Below the pieces are notes generated by a model. The model was not told the DNA's origin and ran no database searches. It worked only from the letters and a program-made list of their open reading frames with translations. This document shows, one piece after another, positions 32,672 to 42,150 of a stretch of 64,000 bases of DNA. A program made the position numbers and the translations under genes. The DNA is from Minisyncoccia bacterium (lineage in GTDB: Bacteria; Patescibacteriota; Minisyncoccia; Phycocordibacterales; CSBR16-119): assembly GCA_047619465.1 (NCBI GenBank), contig JBLHJW010000001.1, forward strand, positions 8,911-72,910, in the 5' to 3' direction. Position 1 is the first letter of the stretch. Each line of letters begins with the position of its first letter.

Positions 32672-32870
32672 CTGGATTGCTTCGTTCCTCGCAATGACGG
32701 GTTTTTTAAGAGGAATGGAACGTTGTGAAATGACATTGCAATCTATTTTGTCTTTGCGAGGAGTTTTGACGACGCGGCAATCTAGTTTATTTTATGGTTA
32801 TCTCTGGATTGCTTCGTTCCTCGCAATGACGAAGCTACTGGGTTGCCGAGTCTTGCATCCTCGCAAAGAC
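32672..32870. repeat. CGTC-type REP-like cluster downstream of the GIY-YIG gene
   Basis: CTGGATTGCTTCGTTCCTCGCAATGACG twice (32672, 32803), TGTCTTTGCGAGGAGTTTTGACGACGCGGCAATCT, CTGGGTTGCCGAGTCTTGCATCCTCGCAAAGAC and one degenerate unit. Confidence 0.9.
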
Positions 32871-32879
32871 AGGAATAAC

Positions 32880-32905
32880 AAAAAACACCCTTGCGGGTGT
32901 TTTTT
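32880..32905. terminator. bidirectional intrinsic terminator
   Basis: AAAAAACACCC-TTGC-GGGTGTTTTTT. Confidence 0.8.
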
Positions 32906-32950
32906 GTATTAGAGTTTTAAGGCTCTAATTTACTCACTACTTAATCTACC

Positions 32951-35900
32951 TTATGAAGGGTTGATGTGTAGTTGTGAGTACTCGGTAGACATCATATCTC
33001 CACGCCATAGCACATCTGCTACTGCGTTTGCGAAGTTGGCTCCGTCAATTCCGAAGTCTAGATCTGCCCCTGTTGAGCTATCTAGTTGAAGTTGGATAGA
33101 GTCATTGTTTGCTGTCAAAGCTGAAGTATTGTATGTAACATACACTATTTCGCTTGATCCAGCTGAAACTACAAGCTCATTTGTAACGAAGTCCAAAGTG
33201 ATTTCGTTTGTAGCTGTTCCTGTAGCAACTGATGTTGATGAAAGAATAACACCAAGCTCATCTTTGAATGTCATCAAAAGATTTGCGGCTCCAGATGCTT
33301 GTACAACAATAGATTGCAATACAATCTTGTTACCGTTTGCGTTCTGGAATGTAACATCCTCATCTCCATTAGCTGTGATCTTTAGCTTTCCAACCTGATG
33401 GTTGGCGTTGTTTGCCAAAGTTGTGTTTCCAATTGTCATCCACTCAAATGTTGGGTATGACTGGAATAGGTTAGCTGAAGTAGATGTACCAACTCCTGCT
33501 GAGCCAATAGCTGAACCGGAAGCAAGTCCTGTTCCATCTATATCTCCTGCTGTGGAAATTGCAATATTAACTGCATTACCATTTGCTGCTGATGAGAAGT
33601 CTACATCTCGTGTTGAAGCTTTAACTGCAACCTTGATGTAGTCATTTCGTGGAATTTCCACTGCTCCTTCAGCCCACTCAGCTGTAGCTGTAGTACCTGT
33701 GTTAGCAACTGCAACTGCAGATCCTAAGTTGGCACCATTCTTATCCATAGCTTGGAAGTAGTATGTATCTACTACTGATGAAGCTCCGGTTCCTCCAGCT
33801 GTCATAATAAGTGAGTCAAGCTCGATATCTTCAACGCTGCTAGCAGCAAGTCGGAAGATAGCAAGTGTTTCCATACCTCCTTGATTATCATCAAGAACTA
33901 CTCCTTCGTTTGGTGATGAAGAATCAACTGTGACTGTAAGTACTCCTGTAGACTCTGAAGTCATAGCTTGTCCTGCACCTGAAGGTGTAACTACAATTGC
34001 ATCTCCTGTATCAGCTCCTGTAGCTGTTAAAGCAGAAAGGTCAACTGTGTAAGTATCGTTTGATCCTGCAGCTGTTGATCCTGATGAAAGATCAGCAACA
34101 AATGCAACTCGTACAGATGTATCTTTTGCAACTGTGAACACCTCTGAAAGGTTGTACGCTTGTGTTGCAGCTGAAATCTGTTCTAGATCAGAAATCTCAG
34201 TTTCGAATCGGTCTCCTCTTTCTGAGTCATTTCCTGTTCCGGCAAGGTCAGCCCATAGAGATGCATTGTCAAGGTCAGCATATGCTGCAGTACCTGCAAT
34301 AGCAAATCCAGCAGTAATATCTGAAATCTCTACATCCTCTCCTGATCCTACAGCAGAGAAGTCAAGGTGTGCCCATACGAAGTCTTGTGCTCCAACGGCC
34401 ACATCTTGTGCTCCTGGTGTTGTAAGAGTTGTAGCAGTAAGTGAACCAGCTTCAATTGTAAGCGTGTTACCTGCTACTGCTGATGCTGGTGCTGCTGTAA
34501 GAGTATCATTTGATGATATTCCCTTTACAGTAATTGTTGTTGCTGAGTTATCAACTCCAGCTTTAATTGTATCTGCTGAACCAAAAGCTGTTCCAAGATC
34601 AGCGTATACACCAACCTTTGTAGTTCCTACAAGGAATTCCATTGTGTCAGTAAATACGATCTTGTCTCCTGATACAGCGTCATTTGGACCTGAAAGCGTT
34701 TCTCCAGATTCGAAGTTCTTAAGAACAACGTTTGTAACATCTCCAAAAGCAGGACCTCCTGCTAGATCGATGTCAACTTGGAAGCTTGTTACTTGAACCT
34801 CTTCTCCTGTAACGATAACGTCCAGAACTGCAAGAAGCCTGTCATCTCCTTCTGTAACATTTCCTGTTGCTGGTGTCTCTGAAGACTTAGCTACAGTAAA
34901 CGCTCCTGCTGCGATAGTTTGGTTTGATGTACCTTGTCCATCAAAGCCAGATGCCCATGATCCGTTTGTAGGTGTAATGTAGTAACCATAATCGTTACCC
35001 ATTGCCATTACTCGAACGTCTGAACCATCTGTTAGGTCAGCGTTAATTGTAAGTCCTGTTCCATCTGTAAGATCAAGTCGGATTTGGAATCGGTGATTAT
35101 CACCTTCTTCCAATACCATTCCTAGACCGTTGAATGTAGCAAGTCCTTGTGCATCCCACCCTGATACTGTAGCGATTGTTGCTCCATCTGTAACAGAGTA
35201 AAGCTCAATGTTTGCAGCGTCATCTGAAGATGCTGATCCTCGCTTTTCAACTTGGATCTGCTCGATTGTTACAGCTTCTGTAGAACCTGCAGTAATCTTG
35301 AACTTGTTAACGATAACGTCAGTGTCTCCAACATCTGGTGTTGAGTCTGAAGTTGTTCCGTCCTTAGCAACAGTAAGAGAACCAATTGATAGGCTCAATA
35401 TTTCGAACTCATCTCCTGTAACAGGGAATGATCCGTCTACGTCAGGTGAACCAGAGAAATCGATATCATCCATAGAATCAATACCGAAGTATGCTGATTG
35501 CCCCTGTGTAGCTACTGAGTCAACTCCTGCTCGCAAGTAGAACATTGTAGTTTCACCAGACATAACCTCTAGGTTAGGTGAGAATGAAAGTTTTACTTGG
35601 TTTGAAGAGTTAAGTGTTCCAGCTGATGTAAGTGCTACACCATCTGCATCAAGAACCTTTAGGTTCTCCCAGTTAGAGTTAACTGACTGACCGTATCGAG
35701 TGAACGTAATGTCATCGATAGATAGGTCGTCTTCTCCAGCAGAGATTTCAAATGCAAACACGTTAGCGTTTCCACCTGTTGCGATCATTCCTCCATCAAG
35801 AGAAACTCCGTCAACCTCTCCTGCTCCAACTCCTTCTGGTGTTGATGATTCTCCTTCTGATTCTCCTTCTGATTCACAGTTGTCAGAAACATAAGCTAGG

Positions 35901-36358
35901 TATGAAGCCTGTGTGTTTGGTCCCCATACACCATCTGGTGTTGTTCCAATAATTTCTTGGAAGTACTGTACAACACCTGTTGTAAGTGGTCCAAAGGCTG
36001 AGTCCTCAACTAGAGGTGCCATAGATCCGTTTGAAAGATCTAGAATTTGGTTCATAGCTTTTTGAATTGCTAGAACGTTTGCTCCTGACATACCACTTCG
36101 AACAATTGATGATGTTCCGTAAGTATCACATGAAGTCATTGATGATGAACCGCTTCCCATTGTTGGCTCACCGTTAAGTGCTGATTCCACATCGGCTAGT
36201 GTTGATGCTGGTGCATCAAAAGATGATAGCAATCCTAGGATCGCATCGATCTGAGTTTGTGTTAGAGCTTGGGCTGTTGGAAGTGCAACGAATCCGAAGA
36301 TTGTTGTAGCAACCAAAAGCGCAGTCAAAGCTCCTGAAAGTTTTTTAGTAATTTCCAT
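32951..36358 (-). CDS. large secreted acidic S-layer-like protein with an N-terminal peptidoglycan-binding domain
   Basis: Signal peptide; G.SGANVLAIQKAMN..DSAFGPLT..V..FQ..PDGVWGPNT (PG_binding_1-like); repeated Thr/Ser/Gly/Asp-rich beta-sandwich segments. Confidence 0.8.
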   Translation of the reverse strand: MEITKKLSGALTALLVATTIFGFVALPTAQALTQTQIDAILGLLSSFDAPASTLADVESALNGEPTMGSGSSSMTSCDTYGTSSIVRSGMSGANVLAIQKAMNQILDLSNGSMAPLVEDSAFGPLTTGVVQYFQEIIGTTPDGVWGPNTQASYLAYVSDNCESEGESEGESSTPEGVGAGEVDGVSLDGGMIATGGNANVFAFEISAGEDDLSIDDITFTRYGQSVNSNWENLKVLDADGVALTSAGTLNSSNQVKLSFSPNLEVMSGETTMFYLRAGVDSVATQGQSAYFGIDSMDDIDFSGSPDVDGSFPVTGDEFEILSLSIGSLTVAKDGTTSDSTPDVGDTDVIVNKFKITAGSTEAVTIEQIQVEKRGSASSDDAANIELYSVTDGATIATVSGWDAQGLATFNGLGMVLEEGDNHRFQIRLDLTDGTGLTINADLTDGSDVRVMAMGNDYGYYITPTNGSWASGFDGQGTSNQTIAAGAFTVAKSSETPATGNVTEGDDRLLAVLDVIVTGEEVQVTSFQVDIDLAGGPAFGDVTNVVLKNFESGETLSGPNDAVSGDKIVFTDTMEFLVGTTKVGVYADLGTAFGSADTIKAGVDNSATTITVKGISSNDTLTAAPASAVAGNTLTIEAGSLTATTLTTPGAQDVAVGAQDFVWAHLDFSAVGSGEDVEISDITAGFAIAGTAAYADLDNASLWADLAGTGNDSERGDRFETEISDLEQISAATQAYNLSEVFTVAKDTSVRVAFVADLSSGSTAAGSNDTYTVDLSALTATGADTGDAIVVTPSGAGQAMTSESTGVLTVTVDSSSPNEGVVLDDNQGGMETLAIFRLAASSVEDIELDSLIMTAGGTGASSVVDTYYFQAMDKNGANLGSAVAVANTGTTATAEWAEGAVEIPRNDYIKVAVKASTRDVDFSSAANGNAVNIAISTAGDIDGTGLASGSAIGSAGVGTSTSANLFQSYPTFEWMTIGNTTLANNANHQVGKLKITANGDEDVTFQNANGNKIVLQSIVVQASGAANLLMTFKDELGVILSSTSVATGTATNEITLDFVTNELVVSAGSSEIVYVTYNTSALTANNDSIQLQLDSSTGADLDFGIDGANFANAVADVLWRGDMMSTEYSQLHINPS

Positions 36359-36660
36359 AATTAAATTATCTTTAATAATTAGTAGTTCATCTATACGTTT
36401 AATTAATACATATAAATGCTACTAGACGCTTTATGTTTAGTTCGACTAAAACTAATAGCGCTTGTGTTCTACGACAGAACTTTTATTGAACTGTATGTAA
36501 AACCGTAATCATATGATTGGGTTTAACAAACTTACAATTACGACCCTCTCTATAAGTTTCTTTGCAGAAAATAAGTTAAGGATTTTTGCAGTAACTACAC
36601 TGCATGCATCTGCCTTGTCGACACGACGGATACATGTGGCAACATGTATCGTCCTTTTTT

Positions 36661-36718
36661 TATTAAGACAAGCGAGGAGCATAGTTAAAATTAATTATGT
36701 CCGAGCGAATTCTTAATA
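36661..36718 (+). repeat. interrupted-hairpin repeat element (CAAGCGAG / CGAGCGAA loops)
   Basis: TATTAAGACAAGCGAGGAGCATA...AATTATGTCCGAGCGAATTCTTAATA, paralogous to 20023-20086. Confidence 0.75.
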
Positions 36719-37171
36719 TAAGGTTTTAACACCTCTTACCTTTTATTTACTGATTGCTCAGCAAACAAAGAACTTTGAGAAGGTCTAGGAATCCACCTTT
36801 GAAAGTCTTGTATTTCAAAAATAAATTCCACTTAAAAATATCGAAATATTTTTAAGAAAAACAGGATCGTAAACACACTTTTCAGTAAACTGAAAAGTTG
36901 TCTGTATTCTGTTTTCAAGGACCTTCTAAACCCTTTGCTGAGCACTGTAATATAACCAAAAAGTCACATACAGCCGCCTGACAAAGAGTCACAATACTTT
37001 AGCACATACTAGTTAATATTTCTAGTACCTACTGCGTATAATTATATCTTGTATTCACTGATAAAAACAAGCTATAAGTGTGGAAAAGAGGTAGTAAATA
37101 AAGTGCTTATACTCCCTTGACTTCCCTAAGTCAAAGACGATTCAACCGTGCAAATCTTACACTTTAAATTT

Positions 37172-37280
37172 CTGGATTTCTTCGTTCCTCGCAATGACGA
37201 AGTGGTAGTTCTGAGTTGCTTCGTTCCTCGCAATGACGAGTATTTGTCTTTGCGAGGAGTATTTACGACGTGGCAATCTA
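37172..37280. repeat. CGTC-type REP-like cluster (3 units)
   Basis: CTGGATTTCTTCGTTCCTCGCAATGACG, CTGAGTTGCTTCGTTCCTCGCAATGACG and TGTCTTTGCGAGGAGTATTTACGACGTGGCAATCTA. Confidence 0.88.
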
Positions 37281-37299
37281 TTTTATTTACCTTTATTTA

Positions 37300-38067
37300 T
37301 TATCTCAAATAGACATATCTTGCCCATCTCTTCTCCCCTGTCTTTTTTATCTGTCCCCTATCAATTAAATACTGGAGGTCTCTTTGGATTGTTTTTGACG
37401 CAACCCCCTCTACAATGGACATAATGTCTTTTACACTTATATCTCCTTTGTCTTTTATAAACTCAATTATTTTATCAATTCTGGTAGACTTTTCCTCTGA
37501 AACATGTCTCTTATCTAATTTTTCTATCGTTTTAGGTGGGGCATTTTCTGTAAATAAAACATCAATGTCTTTTTGAATTGCTGAAGGTTTTTTCAGTTTC
37601 TGATTATTTAAAGAAGATCCATTAATCCAATCTTCGTCTATAGAAACTCTGGACACTGGACCTCCACTTGAAAGGTCTAACATCTCATCTCCAAAAGACT
37701 GCTTATTATTCTTTAGATCGCTCAAGACAGAATTAATTGCCTCCTTAAGCAGGCTATAGTTATGTTCTGAAACATCCCCAGAAGACCAGAGAGTAAATAT
37801 TTGTTTCTCGATAAGAAGAAGAACTTCTTCGATATGACCGAAAATAATCTCTTTATCAAGGGGGCCTTTTTTGTGAAAGCTAGCCGTATAAGAAAGTAGT
37901 AGGTTTGAGTTTTTACGAAGAGAAATTCTGAAGGGGTCAGACTCTAAAAGACACTTAGATAAGACAGCTGTCGCCACACTTATCTTGTGTGTTTTTTTTA
38001 TTATAAAAGACATGTCTTTTATAAGACCCTTTATCTCAGTCATTATTTTATGTTTATCATTTAACAT
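37300..38067 (-). CDS. hypothetical protein with a C-terminal DeoR-like winged HTH
   Basis: RIDKIIEFIKDKGDISVKDI...SKTIQRDLQYL..G.IKKTGEKRWARY. Confidence 0.8.
   Translation of the reverse strand: MLNDKHKIMTEIKGLIKDMSFIIKKTHKISVATAVLSKCLLESDPFRISLRKNSNLLLSYTASFHKKGPLDKEIIFGHIEEVLLLIEKQIFTLWSSGDVSEHNYSLLKEAINSVLSDLKNNKQSFGDEMLDLSSGGPVSRVSIDEDWINGSSLNNQKLKKPSAIQKDIDVLFTENAPPKTIEKLDKRHVSEEKSTRIDKIIEFIKDKGDISVKDIMSIVEGVASKTIQRDLQYLIDRGQIKKTGEKRWARYVYLR
38001..38024. repeat. perfect 24-bp palindrome of the TGTCTTTTATAA motif
   Basis: TTATAAAAGACA|TGTCTTTTATAA; further half-sites at 37425, 37449, 38078 and 38090. Confidence 0.8.
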
Positions 38068-38281
38068 GAGGTATTTCTGTCGTTTATAATGTCTTTTATA
38101 AAAATCGTTTATACTCTAATAGACATGTCCATTATAGCCAAAGCTGTTTAAATATCAAGCTATGTGGCTTCTACGCAGAACCATAATGAATAAATATAGG
38201 ACATGAGAAAAGTGCAATGTTTTCAACGTTTTTTAAAGAAACTCTTTTAATCTTTTCTTGCTATAATATTAGGATAACAAC

Positions 38282-40441
38282 ATGGCACGAAAGAAAAAGA
38301 AGGCAAACAATCTACTGACTCCTGAAGCAAAGCGTACGCTCTACGCCATTGTTTTATTTTTGGTTGCCATATTTATAGTGCTAGGATCTCTAAATGTTGC
38401 TGGACCAGCTGGCTTGGCTGTTCACAAGGCTTTGATGTTTCTCTTTGGGTATGGATTCATATTTGTTCCTGTACTTGCTATAGCTTACGGATCATACCTA
38501 TTTAACTTTATTGAAAGCGTAGACAGGAAAACAATCATTGGATCTATTCTACTTATTGTTTCATCTCTTGGACTGTTGTCTCTTGCAGGAGAGGAAGCTG
38601 GAGGTCTAATTGGTAAGCTAATTCAAAATCCTTTAGTAAAACTATTAGATATATATGTGGGAGCAATACTACTCCTAGGAGTCTTTGCTTCTTCAATAGT
38701 TCTTGTTTTTAATATACCTCTATCCTTGAATGCTTTCAAAGTAAAGCTTTCTTCTATCTTTAAGAAGAGGACAAAGGAGATCGATAGTGATCACGAAGAA
38801 GACGAATATGAAGAAGATTATGAAGAAGAGGAATATGAAGAAGATTATGAAGAAGAGGAAAAAGAAACTTCTGAACCAACAATAACAACCAACGAAGAAG
38901 ACGAAATGTTTTCTGGATCTTTCGAGTTCAAAGAGTACACTCCACCACCCCTATCTCTCCTAGCAAAAGACAAAGGTAAGCCAAACGTTGGAGACATAAA
39001 AGCAAACTCTAATATAATTAAAATAACTCTACAAAACTTCGGTATTGAAGTTGAGATGGATGAAATAACAGTTGGTCCAACGATTACAAGGTATGCCATG
39101 AAGCCAGCTCAAGGTGTAAAGATATCTAGAATAATAGGATTGAAAAACGATCTATCTCTAGCTCTAGCCGCTCACCCTATCAGAATTCAAGCTCCTATTC
39201 CAGGAAAGGCCCTCGTCGGTGTAGAAGTACCTAACAAAACAAAATCAATGGTTGGTCTTGGTAACCTTGTTGCAACACGAGAGTTCCAAGAAAGTCCAAA
39301 AGATCTACTTGTTGCTCTTGGTAAAGGGGTGTCAGGTAAGCCACAGTACACAAACATCGCAAAAATGCCTCACCTTCTTATTGCTGGTGCGACTGGTGCA
39401 GGTAAATCTGTAACGGTTCATGCGATCATAACGTCACTTCTGTATAGAAATGGGCCTGCGAATCTACGCTTCATAATGGTTGACCCAAAAAGAGTTGAAC
39501 TTACTTTATATAACAAAATACCTCACCTGCTAACACCAGTTATCAAAGAAGCAAAGAAAGCCATCCTTGCTCTAAACTGGGCTATAAAAGAAATGGAACG
39601 GAGGTATGACATCCTAGAATCAGAAGCAGTGAGAGATCTTCAGTCATATCATAAAAAGTTTGAAGAAGAAAAGGAAGCCGGGATTGACGATGAAGAAAAA
39701 GGAATGGAGAGACTTCCCTACATTGTTATTATTATCGATGAGGTGGCAGATATAATGCAGACTTACCCAAGAGAGCTTGAGTCTGGGGTTGTTCGTCTAG
39801 CTCAGATGAGTCGAGCTATTGGAATTCACTTAATACTTTCAACTCAAAGGCCATCAGTAAATGTGGTAACAGGACTTATCAAAGCAAACGTCCCTGCTAG
39901 ACTTGCTCTACAAGTGGCTTCACAGGTTGATTCTAAAACAATTCTGGACCAGTCTGGAGCAGAAACACTACTTGGAGCAGGAGATATGCTTTACCTATCT
40001 GGTGACATGTCTCAACCTGAGCGTATACAATGTGCATTTATTTCTGAAGGAGAAGTTAAAGCTGTTGTTAAGTACCTAGCCAAAGCCTACCAAGACGAGG
40101 TTCAAGAAGAAATAATCTTTACAAAAGAACAGGAAGGAGTTCGAGGTTCTATCTTCTCTTCGTCTGTTAACGATGACGATGATGATGACCTATACGAAGA
40201 AGCAAGAGAGCTAGTTATCAATACAAAGAAAGCCAGCACTTCCTATCTACAGAGGAAGCTAAAAATAGGATACTCGCGAGCTGCTAGGCTAATTGATATA
40301 CTAGAAGAGCGAGGAGTTGTTGGACCAGCAAATGGTTCAAAGCCTCGAGACGTACATGAAAAGGCCGACAACGAAGTCGAAGAGTACGAAGAAGAGTTAG
40401 AAGATGAATCAACAGAAGACTATGATCAAGAGGAAGAATAG
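38282..40441 (+). CDS. ftsK: DNA translocase FtsK
   Basis: N-terminal TMs, PHLLIAGATGAGKS, DPKRVEL, IIDEVAD, STQRPSV, gamma domain STSYLQRKLKIGYSRAARLID. Confidence 0.97.
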   Translation: MARKKKKANNLLTPEAKRTLYAIVLFLVAIFIVLGSLNVAGPAGLAVHKALMFLFGYGFIFVPVLAIAYGSYLFNFIESVDRKTIIGSILLIVSSLGLLSLAGEEAGGLIGKLIQNPLVKLLDIYVGAILLLGVFASSIVLVFNIPLSLNAFKVKLSSIFKKRTKEIDSDHEEDEYEEDYEEEEYEEDYEEEEKETSEPTITTNEEDEMFSGSFEFKEYTPPPLSLLAKDKGKPNVGDIKANSNIIKITLQNFGIEVEMDEITVGPTITRYAMKPAQGVKISRIIGLKNDLSLALAAHPIRIQAPIPGKALVGVEVPNKTKSMVGLGNLVATREFQESPKDLLVALGKGVSGKPQYTNIAKMPHLLIAGATGAGKSVTVHAIITSLLYRNGPANLRFIMVDPKRVELTLYNKIPHLLTPVIKEAKKAILALNWAIKEMERRYDILESEAVRDLQSYHKKFEEEKEAGIDDEEKGMERLPYIVIIIDEVADIMQTYPRELESGVVRLAQMSRAIGIHLILSTQRPSVNVVTGLIKANVPARLALQVASQVDSKTILDQSGAETLLGAGDMLYLSGDMSQPERIQCAFISEGEVKAVVKYLAKAYQDEVQEEIIFTKEQEGVRGSIFSSSVNDDDDDDLYEEARELVINTKKASTSYLQRKLKIGYSRAARLIDILEERGVVGPANGSKPRDVHEKADNEVEEYEEELEDESTEDYDQEEE

Positions 40442-40808
40442 TGAGAGTTTTATTGATTATAAGAGGGTTTTCGTAACCCTTGGACTAATTACTTTTTTTG
40501 TTCTATTGCTGATCTTTACATATAGTAGAATAAGTCATATATGGAGAGGTATAAACCTAACCGTATCTTATCCAATAAGTGGAGAATCTATAGAGAGCCA
40601 GCTAATCTATATCGAAGGCTCTGCACCAAAAGCAATAGAGCTAACAGTCAACGGAAACAGTACCTTTGTCTCAAGGGATGGTGAATTCTCATACCCTATC
40701 CCAGTACATAATGGGTACAATGAGATACACATTGAAGCGACAGACAAGTTTGATAATACGACGAAAGAAATATTAAAAATTAACGGAATAACCAAATCTT
40801 CTGATTAA
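40422..40808 (+). CDS. hypothetical membrane-anchored Ig-like domain protein
   Basis: One TM, then IEG.A..LTVNG..DGEFS..GYNEIHIEATDKFDN; overlaps the ftsK end. Confidence 0.7.
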   Translation: MIKRKNSESFIDYKRVFVTLGLITFFVLLLIFTYSRISHIWRGINLTVSYPISGESIESQLIYIEGSAPKAIELTVNGNSTFVSRDGEFSYPIPVHNGYNEIHIEATDKFDNTTKEILKINGITKSSD

Positions 40809-40966
40809 TAATTTACCAAGTCATTTGTAGAAAATGCGCAGTGAGTCGTAGTTAAAAATTTTAAATACTAGCATCGCTAATATGAAAAATTTTTAACAAG
40901 ATGCAACAAGTATTTACAGAAATGGCGAAGTGTAAATTATTAATTATAAGATTAAAACATAACAAT

Positions 40967-42127
40967 ATGGCAGCAAAAAAACCCAAAGAGAAAGAGGAAA
41001 AAATTGATCAACCTAAGAAAACTGAAAAGGAAGATTCTGTGAAGCCAGTGGAAGAAAAGAAAATAACCGCTGTCGAGAAAAAAGAAATTGAAAAAGCAGA
41101 AAAGGTAAAGGAGGCTGATGCAAATGCAATCCAAGACACCATCAAGTCCATCCAAACAAAGTTCGGTGAAGGAGCAATCATGAAGCTTGGAGGTATTCCA
41201 AGTGTCGATATTGGAGCTGTTTCCACTGGATCACTAGGACTCGATGCTGCGCTTGGAGTCGGCGGACTACCCAAAGGACGAGTTGTAGAGATATATGGAC
41301 CAGAATCATCTGGTAAAACAACACTGTCTCTACACGTAATAGCAGAAGCTCAAAAAGCAGGAGGTGTGTGTGCTTTTATAGATGCCGAACATGCTATCGA
41401 CCCAGAATATGCCAAGAAGCTTGGAGTAGATATTGACAACCTTCTAATATCTCAACCAGACACAGGAGAGCAAGCACTGGAGATCACAGAGAGCCTTGTG
41501 CGTTCTGGAAAGATAACACTTATCGTTATTGACTCTGTGGCAGCTCTAACACCTAAAGACGAAATAGAGGGAGATATGGGAGCCTACCACGTAGGGAAAC
41601 AGGCTAGACTGATGTCACAGGCTTTGCGTAAGCTTACAGCTCTGACAGCCAAGACAAATACAATGATCATCTTCATTAACCAGATCCGAATGAAAATCGG
41701 AGTTATGTTTGGTTCTCCGGAGACAACACCTGGAGGAAAAGCTCTAAAGTTCTACACTTCTGTAAGGCTTGATATCAGAAGAATTGCTCAGATTAAAAAA
41801 GGTGAAGATGTTGTAGGAGCTCGAACACGAGTAAAGGTGGTAAAAAACAAAGTTGCCGCACCGTTTAAGAAAACTGAATTCGATATTATCTACAATGAAG
41901 GAATCTCACGATCAGGAGAACTTCTTGCTCTAGGAGAAAAGATGGGAATAGTTAAGAAGTCAGGAGCATCCTACAGCTACCTCCCTGCCGACGGTGGAGA
42001 TGAAGTGAAGCTTGCTCGTGGATATGATGCAACTCGAAAAGTTCTTGAAGATAAAGACAACAAGAAACTTCTCTCTTCCCTGCTTAAAGATGTAAAGAAA
42101 GGGTTGAAGGATGAGAAGAATCAGTAA
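40967..42127 (+). CDS. recA: recombinase RecA with a Lys/Glu-rich N-terminal extension
   Basis: [45 protein letters not shown]. Confidence 0.98.
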   Translation: MAAKKPKEKEEKIDQPKKTEKEDSVKPVEEKKITAVEKKEIEKAEKVKEADANAIQDTIKSIQTKFGEGAIMKLGGIPSVDIGAVSTGSLGLDAALGVGGLPKGRVVEIYGPESSGKTTLSLHVIAEAQKAGGVCAFIDAEHAIDPEYAKKLGVDIDNLLISQPDTGEQALEITESLVRSGKITLIVIDSVAALTPKDEIEGDMGAYHVGKQARLMSQALRKLTALTAKTNTMIIFINQIRMKIGVMFGSPETTPGGKALKFYTSVRLDIRRIAQIKKGEDVVGARTRVKVVKNKVAAPFKKTEFDIIYNEGISRSGELLALGEKMGIVKKSGASYSYLPADGGDEVKLARGYDATRKVLEDKDNKKLLSSLLKDVKKGLKDEKNQ

Positions 42128-42150
42128 TTATAGGTTAATAATTCAACGTT

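Noticed and set aside
32221-32870. CRISPR array
   Set aside because: Units alternate in orientation, vary in sequence and have irregular short spacers; no cas genes in the window. REP-like instead.
33105-35894. Long plus-strand ORFs opposite the S-layer-like gene (and similar shadows opposite typA, secDF, rplL and ileS)
   Set aside because: Antisense shadows caused by codon bias of the real genes.
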